Shown: one piece after another, positions 16,496 to 24,118 of the stretch
Numbering within the stretch: the first letter of the stretch is position 1
How the letters are laid out: every line of letters begins with the position of its first letter
Source of the DNA: an uncultured Lachnospiraceae bacterium
GTDB taxonomy: Bacteria > Bacillota > Clostridia > Lachnospirales > Lachnospiraceae
Assembly: GCA_944380155.1 (NCBI GenBank)
Contig: CALWGS010000096.1
Location: 1-36,829, forward strand
Reading direction: 5' to 3'
DNA: 36,829 nucleotides
Notes under the pieces: generated by a model
The model's database searches: none
What the model was told of the DNA's origin: nothing
Seen by the model: only the letters and a program-made list of their open reading frames with translations
Translations under genes and position numbers: made by a program

Positions 16496-17179
16496 ATGAT
16501 GGAATATCTGATACAGGAGAACGTGGCAGGAGCGGCATTCCGTCTGTTTCTGGCGCTGATTTGCGGAGGGGTGCTTGGAATTGAGAGGGGGCGCAAGAGC
16601 CGGCCCGCGGGATTGCGGACGTATATGCTGGTCTGTGTGGGCGCGGCACTTGTTATGATTACCAATGAATACCTTTATCGTCGTTATGGAACAGGGGATC
16701 CGGCAAGGCTTGGGGCTCAAGTCATCAGCGGGATCGGCTTCCTTGGGGCGGGAACGATTATTGTGACCGTAAGGAACCGGGTTAAGGGACTGACAACCGC
16801 GGCGGGACTGTGGGCAGCGGCCTGTATGGGACTTGCGATAGGCGCTGGGTATTATACGGCGGCGGTTATTAGTTGTGTGATGATCTATTTTGTTATGGCG
16901 TTGTTATACCGCCTGGATCTGCGCGTTGTGGAGTCCGCCAGATCGGTGAACCTCTATATTGAATTTGTCAGCGTGCGGGATATCGGTGAATTTATCCGGT
17001 ATGTGAAGGAGCAGGATATGAAGATTACGGATCTGGAGTTGATTCAGTCAGTCGGCGCAAATGAGAGCGCAGCTGCGATCCTGGCTACGATCCGCCTTGC
17101 GAAGAAGGCGGATCATGCCGAGATCGTACGGCTGTTAAGCCAGGCCGGGGGCGTGCGGTATCTCGAGGAGGTCGGGTGA
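16496..17179 (+). CDS. mgtC: MgtC/SapB family membrane protein
   Basis: Contains RLFLALICGGVLGIERGRKSRPAGLRTYMLVCVGAAL and GIGFLGAGTI, typical of the MgtC N-terminal domain. The track start at 16487 is GTG; the ATG at 16496 follows a GGAG. Confidence 0.8.
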   Translation: MMEYLIQENVAGAAFRLFLALICGGVLGIERGRKSRPAGLRTYMLVCVGAALVMITNEYLYRRYGTGDPARLGAQVISGIGFLGAGTIIVTVRNRVKGLTTAAGLWAAACMGLAIGAGYYTAAVISCVMIYFVMALLYRLDLRVVESARSVNLYIEFVSVRDIGEFIRYVKEQDMKITDLELIQSVGANESAAAILATIRLAKKADHAEIVRLLSQAGGVRYLEEVG

Positions 17180-17186
17180 GCACAAC

Positions 17187-17252
17187 GACAGGAAAAACAT
17201 CTGTCTATAACAGGAATAACATCTGTCTATGACAGGAGAAACATTTGTCCGG
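17187..17252. repeat. Three tandem copies of a 22-bp unit spanning the glgB stop codon
   Basis: gacaggaaaaacatctgtctat / aacaggaataacatctgtctat / gacaggagaaacatttgtccgg. Each junction forms a CTGTC-ATA-GACAG-type mini-hairpin. Confidence 0.75.
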
Positions 17253-19011
17253 AATAACGGGGCAGAGTGGTTGTCAGAGTATGCTCTTGGAAGGAGTACT
17301 CCTCCCCCGATCCTTCGGGTCTGATCCGGCCTTCGTCCCTGCTGTCTAACAGCAGGACGGCCTGCCGGGTGCCAGGCAATGTGACGGAATAGCCGCGAAG
17401 ATCCACATCGTCAAAGTTGAGTACGGTAAGAATCTCCTGGCGATCTGACTTTCTCAGGAAGGCAAAGACGGCATACGGCGAATTGCCGCAGTCTAACCAC
17501 TCGAAGCCGGCCGGATCATAGTCCCTCCCGGACAGAGCCCCATAATCAAGATAGATCCGGTTCAGTCTGCGGATGAATTCATACAGTGCGCGGTGCTTCG
17601 GATACTCCAGCAGATTCCAGTCCAGCTCCCTCTTCTCGTCCCATTCCCGGAACATCCCGAGCTCGTTCCCCATGAAATTTAATTTCTTCCCGGGGTGTGT
17701 AAACATATACAGATATAAGAGTCTGGCCTGCGCGAATTTCTCTTCATAGTCGTCGCCGTTCATCTTCTGCAGGATGGACGCCTTTCCATGTACTACTTCA
17801 TCGTGGGAGAGAGGGAGTATGTATCGTTCATTGTAGAAATAATGCATGGAGAAGGCCAGCCTGCCGGGCTGCTGCCTCCGGCCCGCGGGATCGGCCTGCA
17901 GATAGGACAGGGTATCGTTCATCCAGCCAAGATCCCACTTGTAGTCAAAGCCCAGGCCGCCGCTTTCCACAGGGGCGGTAACGCCCGGATATACGGACGA
18001 GTCTTCGGCAATCAAGAGAGCGTTCGGGCATCTCTGCTTCAGACCGGCGTTCATGTTCCGGATGAAATGAATTGATGCCTGATTCTCACCCCTGCCCGGG
18101 TCTCCCTGCCAGTAGATTAGATTGCTCACAGCGTCAACCCGCAGTCCGTCAAAATGGAACTCCTTCAGCCAGTAATAGGCGGAGGACTGTAAGAAGCTCC
18201 GGGTCTCTCCCCTTGAGTGCATGAAGTTGCAGCTTCCCCACTCGTTGATGCCGACGTCATTATGCGGGTACTCATAAAGCGAGGAGCCGTCATACTGGTA
18301 AAGCGCGTAATCATTGACCGCGAAATGCACCGATACGAAATCCAGAATCACGCCGATTCCCGCGGCATGGCATTGGTCAATCAAATAACGCAAATCATCC
18401 GGACTTCCGTATCTGGAGGTGGGACTGAAAAAGCCGGTAGCCTGATACCCCCAGGATTCGTCGCAGGGGTATTCATTCAGGGGCATGAACTCCACGAAAT
18501 TATAATGATTCTCTGTCAGATACGGGATCAGCAGATCGGCCAGTTCGCGGTAGGTATAGAACGGCTTCCCGTCCCCGGCCGGACGCCTCCAGGAGCCGGC
18601 ATGGATTTCATACAGATTGATGGGGCCGGATTCCGGCCGCTGCTGTTTGAGGTACGGACTGTCATGGAAGGCATAGTCTGACAGGCGGTACAGAATGGAA
18701 GAGCTCTCGGGCCGCATATCCGAGTAAAAGGCATAGGGGTCGCTATGATCCATGAAAGTCCCGCTCTCTGAATAAATGCGGTACTTATATCTCATCCCCG
18801 GCTGGGCACCGGGAATCCGGCATTCCCAGAAATTCCCGTCATACACTTTGTACATGGGGGTTTCCTGCCATTCGTTGCAATCTCCTATCACGGAAATCTT
18901 CAAAGCATTCGGAGCGAATGTACGGAATACAACGCCGTCGCCTTCAAAATGTGCCCCCAGATATGTGTAGGCTTCAAATTCCTCTCCGGTATAAAATCCG
19001 TAAAAATCCAT
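17227..19011 (-). CDS. glgB: 1,4-alpha-glucan branching enzyme
   Basis: GH13 motifs are present (DFVSVHF, GLRVDAV, AEDSS, SHDEVVHGK). I place the start at ATG 19011 (MDFYGFY), 4-6 nt after AGGAGGTG, rather than the track start at 19032. Confidence 0.9.
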   Translation of the reverse strand: MDFYGFYTGEEFEAYTYLGAHFEGDGVVFRTFAPNALKISVIGDCNEWQETPMYKVYDGNFWECRIPGAQPGMRYKYRIYSESGTFMDHSDPYAFYSDMRPESSSILYRLSDYAFHDSPYLKQQRPESGPINLYEIHAGSWRRPAGDGKPFYTYRELADLLIPYLTENHYNFVEFMPLNEYPCDESWGYQATGFFSPTSRYGSPDDLRYLIDQCHAAGIGVILDFVSVHFAVNDYALYQYDGSSLYEYPHNDVGINEWGSCNFMHSRGETRSFLQSSAYYWLKEFHFDGLRVDAVSNLIYWQGDPGRGENQASIHFIRNMNAGLKQRCPNALLIAEDSSVYPGVTAPVESGGLGFDYKWDLGWMNDTLSYLQADPAGRRQQPGRLAFSMHYFYNERYILPLSHDEVVHGKASILQKMNGDDYEEKFAQARLLYLYMFTHPGKKLNFMGNELGMFREWDEKRELDWNLLEYPKHRALYEFIRRLNRIYLDYGALSGRDYDPAGFEWLDCGNSPYAVFAFLRKSDRQEILTVLNFDDVDLRGYSVTLPGTRQAVLLLDSRDEGRIRPEGSGEEYSFQEHTLTTTLPRYSGQMFLLS

Positions 19012-19108
19012 GATGCACCTCCTGAATCCCATTCACATGGGTTGTTTGTTACATTATAGCACAGTACTCTCATATAATGTAGGGATTTATGATCTTGGGA
19101 ATCTTCTT

Positions 19109-20251
19109 ATGGAAATTTATGTGGTAACAGCGGGCGATTCCGTAGATGCCATAGCGGATCGGTTCCGGGTATCCGCCTCGTCCGTAATTTACAATAATCA
19201 GCTGGTGTATCCGTATCGTTTGACTGTGGGACAAAGTCTGCTGATTGGGACGCCGCAGACGGGGGCTGCAGCCGGTAAGAGGGAGATTGTATCCGGCGGC
19301 TATGCGTATCCGTTCATTCGCTCCTGGGTGCTGGAGCAGACGCTGCCATATCTGACGGAGCTGTTCGTATTCTCGTATGGATTCACTCCGGAGGGCAGGC
19401 TGGTGCCTCCTGCGGCGGATGATGCCGGAATGGTTCGGGCGGCTCTTCTGGCAGGAACGAAGCCTTACCTGACCCTGACTTCATTCGGTGAGGACGGAAT
19501 GTTTAACAATTATCCGGTCAGTATCCTGGTGAATGATCCGGGCGCGGTTGCCGTGCTGATTGATTCGCTTGCTGCCCTGATGCCGGAGAAGGGATATCAG
19601 GGAGTTACGATTGATTTTGAGTATATTAATGCGGAGGATCGGGACGCGTTCACGGAATTTGTCAGGGTGATGACGGAGGCTATGAACAGTCTGGGGTATG
19701 AGGTGTCGGTGGATCTGGCGCCCAGAACCTTTGAAGATCCGCCCGGACGCCTGACTGAGGGCCAGGATTACGCGGGGCTTGGGCAGGCGGCAAACCACGT
19801 GCTGTTGATGACGTATGAATGGGGATATACATACAGTGAGCCGAGAGCTGTCGCACCGGTGAATCTGGTACGCAAGGTCGTGGATTATGCGGCGGCTTTT
19901 CTGGAGCCTGGCAGGACTTCCCTTGGAATCCCCAATTACGGCTATGACTGGACACTTCCGTATGTACGCGGAGTCTCGCGGGCGCGGACGGTTGGGAATG
20001 TGGAGGCGGTTCAGACGGCCATTCGCTACGGTGCACCGATCCGGTTTGACGAGACAGCTCAGACTCCCTGGTATCGTTACACGGATGAGACAGGAGCGGA
20101 GCATGAGGTATGGTTTGAGGATGTAAGAAGCATGAAGGCGAAGTATGAGCTGATTGCCGAATACGGATTGAGGGGAATGGGCTGCTGGCAGGTCATGCAG
20201 CTGTTTCGGGCAATGTGGCTGCTGCTTGCGGATCTGTATTGGGTGTTGTGA
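19109..20251 (+). CDS. LysM domain + glycoside hydrolase family 18 protein (YaaH/SleL-like spore peptidoglycan hydrolase)
   Basis: N-terminal LysM (YVVTAGDSVDAIADRF...TVGQSLLI). GH18 catalytic segment GVTIDFEY. The start is moved to ATG 19109 (MEIYVV) because the track start at 19010 would overlap the glgB start. Confidence 0.75.
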   Translation: MEIYVVTAGDSVDAIADRFRVSASSVIYNNQLVYPYRLTVGQSLLIGTPQTGAAAGKREIVSGGYAYPFIRSWVLEQTLPYLTELFVFSYGFTPEGRLVPPAADDAGMVRAALLAGTKPYLTLTSFGEDGMFNNYPVSILVNDPGAVAVLIDSLAALMPEKGYQGVTIDFEYINAEDRDAFTEFVRVMTEAMNSLGYEVSVDLAPRTFEDPPGRLTEGQDYAGLGQAANHVLLMTYEWGYTYSEPRAVAPVNLVRKVVDYAAAFLEPGRTSLGIPNYGYDWTLPYVRGVSRARTVGNVEAVQTAIRYGAPIRFDETAQTPWYRYTDETGAEHEVWFEDVRSMKAKYELIAEYGLRGMGCWQVMQLFRAMWLLLADLYWVL

Positions 20252-20498
20252 TTTCTTCGGATGTTTCCTTATCCTTCGGAACTGTTTGGAGAAGGCGGCT
20301 TCAGGGGAATGGTTCATAAAAATACTTGCATATTCCTGAAAAATATCATATGCTGTGGGGTGGGAAGATTCTACGTTGAAAACGGAGGTGAGTACTGCGA
20401 AATACATTGTTAACGGAAGAAATGCTTGATGCGGCAGCAGCTTATGACAGAGCGCATCCGTTTGGCATTTGGAAGCAGAACAGAAAAGAGGAATGATT

Positions 20499-20975
20499 AT
20501 GAAGTTACAGAAGAAGTTATTAACGGCAGCCTGTATGACGCTGGTACTGGCAGGGGCTTCCGGCTGCGGTTCCGGGCAGGAGGCGGCGGTCATTGATATA
20601 GCAGGACTTGTGAGTGAATTATCGGAGACCGTTATGACAGATGATATTCTTACGGAGATTGACGGGGATTATATGTCCGAGCTGTATGGAATCAATGTGG
20701 ATTTGCTTGCGGATTATCATGTCCTGCTCAGCTCCGGGGCGACGGCGAATGAGATTGCCGTGTTTGAGTGTAAGGAGGAATCCGGAACGGAGACTGTACA
20801 GGAAGGGATTGAGATGAGAATTCAGGATCAGATTGATTCTTACTCATCCTACGGACCGCAGGAGGTCCCGAAGCTTGAGAGCGCGGAGATCTATGTGAGG
20901 GATACCTACGTTGCCGTATGTGTCAGCTCGGATGACGCGGCAGTGGATGAGATTATGGAGGAATACGGGTTCTAA
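20499..20975 (+). CDS. DUF4358-like lipoprotein
   Basis: The signal peptide MKLQKKLLTAACMTLVLAGASGC ends in a lipobox. AAAGAGGAA RBS before ATG 20499. The family is assigned from memory. Confidence 0.65.
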   Translation: MKLQKKLLTAACMTLVLAGASGCGSGQEAAVIDIAGLVSELSETVMTDDILTEIDGDYMSELYGINVDLLADYHVLLSSGATANEIAVFECKEESGTETVQEGIEMRIQDQIDSYSSYGPQEVPKLESAEIYVRDTYVAVCVSSDDAAVDEIMEEYGF

Positions 20976-21020
20976 GAGAGAACCCGGCCTCCCGCACGCA
21001 GGAGCATGAACACGAAATAT

Positions 21021-21057
21021 AAAAGGGACTGTCGATTTTTCGATCACAGTCCCTTTT
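21021..21057. terminator. Bidirectional terminator between convergent genes
   Basis: AAAAGGGACTGT-N13-ACAGTCCCTTTT, an 8-bp core stem flanked by A and T runs. Confidence 0.6.
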
Positions 21058-21075
21058 GTTATGATCGAATGCCGG

Positions 21076-22518
21076 TTATGTTCCGGCCTGCCGGATGATT
21101 CTCTTATAGAAATCCACTCCGCCCGGCAGGGCATTCAGGCTGATATTTTCATTGACTCCATGGATGCTCTTATACTGCTGCTGATTGATGGCAAGCGGTG
21201 CGAAGCGGATGCAGTTCCTGCATACGTCGGAATAGTATTTCGCATCGGTTCCGCCTGTCATGGCGTAGGGGACGACGCCGACGCCCGGATAGATCTCATG
21301 GATGGTCTCTTCTACGAGGGCGAACTGGCGGCCGGTGTAGTCCACGACGGGACAAGGGTAGTCCTTGTAGATGACTTCGGTCTCCAGGCCGTATTTCTTC
21401 GCCAGATCGGTAATCAGAGCAATGCTTTCGTCCGTTCCCTGATGGTGGATAAAGCGGAGATTGCCGGTTACGTAGGCTTCCAGGGGCAGTACGTTGAGTC
21501 CGTCCGATCCCTTCCCCATGGTAAATGCGATCGTAGTGGAGAGCATGGCGGCGGCCTGCGGGCTGATGACGGGCATGAGCTTCTTGAGAAGCGGCGCGAA
21601 GATGGGGAAGTTCGCGAAGATCAGCTTCATCCCGAAGGTCATATTGGGTGTGAAGCGGCGGAACATCTCTTCCACTGTCGGGTGGAAACGGACCGTGAAC
21701 GGGTTGTGCTTTTCAACCTCACAGATGAAGGCGGCCAGCCTTGCCCAGGGGGTATTCTTTCCGGGAGCGCTTGCGTGGCCTCCCGTTCCCTTCGCCGTAA
21801 AACGCAGATCCCCGTAGCCCTTCTCCAGGACGCCGACCATGGCGTAGGTGCCGTGAACGCCTCCGATGGGGTCGCTGATAATCATGCCTCCCTCGTCAAT
21901 CAAAAGCTCAAGCTCAACGCCCTGTTCCTTGAGGTAGCGAACCGTAAGAGGGGCGCCCTCTCCGCTGAATTCCTCCGTGCAGCTGCTGGCGATGTAGACG
22001 TCGCATTCCGGCACGAAGCCTTCCGCAATCAATTCCTCCACAGCCGTCATAAGACAGAACAGGCTTCCCTTGGTATCTACGGTGCCGCGGCCCCAGACCG
22101 CGCCGCCGATGATCTCACCGCCGAACGGGTCATGCTCCCATTCGCCGCCCGCTTCAACGACATCCTGATGGCTCATCAGAAGAATGGGCTTCCCGTTCCC
22201 CCTGCCCTTCCAGCGAAATAACAGGCTTCCGTTGAAGACATGCTTCTCGCAGGCGGTGTGAAGCCGCGGGAAGAGCTCTTCTAATATCTCGTGAAATTCA
22301 TAGAACTTTGTCTTATCCTTCTCGAAACGGCTGGAGATGGTTTCCTTGCGGATCATCTTCGCCAGGCGTTCCCCGTATGTCTGTGCCCGCTTCGGATCGG
22401 CCTTCGGCAATGTGGCAGTTGCGGCAGAGGTCGGCTTTAAGGAGGCGGCTCGAAGGACAAGGACTCCGAAAAAGGCTGCCAGTAAGATCAGTACGGCAAG
22501 TAAAATGTATGCGATCAT
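21076..22518 (-). CDS. M20 family metallopeptidase with N-terminal membrane anchor
   Basis: 480 aa. Contains LLMSHQDVV, RGTVDTKG, SCTEEFSGEG and HGVNE, fitting M20 metal and catalytic residues. The N-terminal MIAYILLAVLILLAAFFGVLVL is a single TM helix, with the basic residues on its C-terminal side only. Confidence 0.85.
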   Translation of the reverse strand: MIAYILLAVLILLAAFFGVLVLRAASLKPTSAATATLPKADPKRAQTYGERLAKMIRKETISSRFEKDKTKFYEFHEILEELFPRLHTACEKHVFNGSLLFRWKGRGNGKPILLMSHQDVVEAGGEWEHDPFGGEIIGGAVWGRGTVDTKGSLFCLMTAVEELIAEGFVPECDVYIASSCTEEFSGEGAPLTVRYLKEQGVELELLIDEGGMIISDPIGGVHGTYAMVGVLEKGYGDLRFTAKGTGGHASAPGKNTPWARLAAFICEVEKHNPFTVRFHPTVEEMFRRFTPNMTFGMKLIFANFPIFAPLLKKLMPVISPQAAAMLSTTIAFTMGKGSDGLNVLPLEAYVTGNLRFIHHQGTDESIALITDLAKKYGLETEVIYKDYPCPVVDYTGRQFALVEETIHEIYPGVGVVPYAMTGGTDAKYYSDVCRNCIRFAPLAINQQQYKSIHGVNENISLNALPGGVDFYKRIIRQAGT

Positions 22519-22521
22519 GGG

Positions 22522-23202
22522 TTACAGCCTGCCTTTCTTATATAACAGATAACCGATCCCAAGCGCCAGACCGCCCGCGGGGATTAAGAGAAGGCTCGTC
22601 TGGGAAATGGCTGCCGGAACCAGGATGCACAGCAGTGTCATCACCGCAAGCGGTACGATGGCAATCTTGGGGGCCTTCGTGAAATATTTCAGCCCGAGCG
22701 CGCCGAAGAGGGCGGGAACCACCGTATCGAATGCGGGGGTGAGAACCGGGTTCTCCAGGATCGGTCTTAGCGGAACGAGCAGAAGAACGCCGATGAACAG
22801 GACCAGCATCGTGACCAGAGAGCTGGTTGCGACACTGAGCGTGGAGATGATCTCATTTTCGGGAGTCCCGACTTCGGTTTTGGCGATGTCCCTGGCGTTC
22901 ATGGCGCACGGGATCTTGAGGTTCGTTACATTTCCGGTAATGAACGAGAGATAGCTTCCGCCGGCTCCAAGCATGGGGGCATAGACCAGGAATTCGACGA
23001 TTCCGACCGGGACATAGATGACGGCCACTCTGGCGATTCCCTTCAGGAACCCGTTCAGGCTCGGCGCGGCATCCAGGAGGATACCGATTACGAAGGGAGC
23101 GGCAAGCATCAGAATCACGCCGACTCCTAAGGTGATGCGGCCGAGGATATGGAGCTGATTATTGAATTTTGTAAAATAAGTCTGTTTTTCCTGCTGATTC
23201 AT
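22522..23202 (-). CDS. Uncharacterised polytopic membrane protein (putative transporter subunit)
   Basis: 226 aa with about 6 hydrophobic segments. AGGAGG RBS. Its stop lies 3 nt before the M20 start. I recognise no family. Confidence 0.7.
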   Translation of the reverse strand: MNQQEKQTYFTKFNNQLHILGRITLGVGVILMLAAPFVIGILLDAAPSLNGFLKGIARVAVIYVPVGIVEFLVYAPMLGAGGSYLSFITGNVTNLKIPCAMNARDIAKTEVGTPENEIISTLSVATSSLVTMLVLFIGVLLLVPLRPILENPVLTPAFDTVVPALFGALGLKYFTKAPKIAIVPLAVMTLLCILVPAAISQTSLLLIPAGGLALGIGYLLYKKGRL

Positions 23203-23213
23203 AGTAGTACCTC

Positions 23214-23963
23214 CTATACGGCCAGATTAATCAGGACAGCGGCCGCCATTCCGACGAACATACTGGTCGCAATATCAAAGTTCTCCAGCCATGCCTGCTT
23301 CTTCTTCACGGTGAAATACTGGAACACGCCCATGGCAGCGGCGGAGATGAGCGCGACGGTCAGGGGAAGGTAGTCCCCTGAAGAGGTGAAGGTTCCGATG
23401 TAAGAACCAATGTAAGCGCTGCACAGACCGACGAACATTGCGATGGTGGCATATGCGCCGAATCCGGGGCGGCTCTTTTCGGTTGGCTTCGTTTCGGTCT
23501 TTGATTTCGCGGCCATCTTGCCAAGATATTTCTTGAGTCCGAAGAGCGTACAGAACACGCCGCTTAAGATTCCGACCGTCATAACCAGCATGATGGTGGT
23601 GAATACGGATACATTCATTTCGCTCAGTCTCAGTCCGCTCAGGCCCATGCTGGTGGCGGCAATTTCCGCGACATTCAGCTCATACTGGAGAGCGCCGATA
23701 ACGGACAGGCGCAGCCACGATACCGGAACGCCGAGCGTGCCGCCCAGGGCGATGACGCCGAGCAGGATACTGACGCTTGGCAGCAGGGTGAAGGTTGCGC
23801 TTGAGGTAATGGCCCGCTTCAGAACCTTGGGATCCATTCCGATCTTAAGGCCTGCGCGGTAGCTTTTGACCAGAAAGATCACACACATAATAACAATGAA
23901 CAGCAGCACACCCCCGCAGATCAGGTAGACAGGGAGTGAATTTGCCTGAGATAGAAAGTCCAT
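23214..23963 (-). CDS. DUF5058-like polytopic membrane protein
   Basis: 249 aa with multiple TM segments and a central basic loop (KSKTETKPTEKSR). GGAGG RBS. The DUF5058 assignment is from memory only. Confidence 0.65.
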   Translation of the reverse strand: MDFLSQANSLPVYLICGGVLLFIVIMCVIFLVKSYRAGLKIGMDPKVLKRAITSSATFTLLPSVSILLGVIALGGTLGVPVSWLRLSVIGALQYELNVAEIAATSMGLSGLRLSEMNVSVFTTIMLVMTVGILSGVFCTLFGLKKYLGKMAAKSKTETKPTEKSRPGFGAYATIAMFVGLCSAYIGSYIGTFTSSGDYLPLTVALISAAAMGVFQYFTVKKKQAWLENFDIATSMFVGMAAAVLINLAV

Positions 23964-23974
23964 ACATTCCTCCG

Positions 23975-24000
23975 TAAGATATCACTTAATTAAGATATCA
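23975..24000 (-). promoter_or_regulatory. Direct-repeat operator candidate upstream of the DUF5058-like gene
   Basis: TAAGATATCA occurs at 23975-23984 and 23991-24000 (16-bp period), flanking the palindrome TTAATTAA (23986-23993). It ends 5 nt from the RBS. Confidence 0.3.
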
Positions 24001-24030
24001 TTTAATATGAATGATTTGCCTCATTGGCAC

Positions 24031-24098
24031 AAAAAGGGGCCGCCGGTTCCTGGCGTTCCTGGTTGAGCCCAACGCCCATTTCCCGGCTGCCCCTTTCA
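24031..24098 (-). terminator. Terminator-like long stem-loop after leuS
   Basis: The minus strand reads AAAGGGGCAGCCGG...CCGGCGGCCCCTTTTT (11-bp stem with one mismatch), with a nested GGCGTT/AACGCC hairpin in the loop. Confidence 0.5.
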
Positions 24099-24118
24099 GA
24101 AGCCTTGTGAATCCGGCA

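Noticed and set aside
15742-16720. 307-aa and 146-aa minus-strand ORFs across rbr and the start of mgtC
   Set aside because: They are antisense to rubrerythrin and cross a plus-strand terminator. The composition is R/L/P/S-rich and there is no RBS.
19010-19108. The track start codons for glgB (19032) and for the LysM-GH18 gene (19010), which would make the two divergent genes overlap head-to-head
   Set aside because: An internal ATG at 19011 for glgB has a strong AGGAGGTG RBS and gives a typical MDFYGFY N-terminus. The N-terminal 33 residues of the track GH18 ORF are just the read-through of the divergent promoter region, and the LysM domain starts right at ATG 19109.
19481-22221. 370-aa minus ORF (19481-20593) antisense to the GH18 gene, and 386-aa plus ORF (21061-22221) antisense to the M20 peptidase
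   Set aside because: In both cases the partner strand has family motifs (LysM/GH18; HxD and the other M20 residues) and operon-consistent RBSs. These frames have none.
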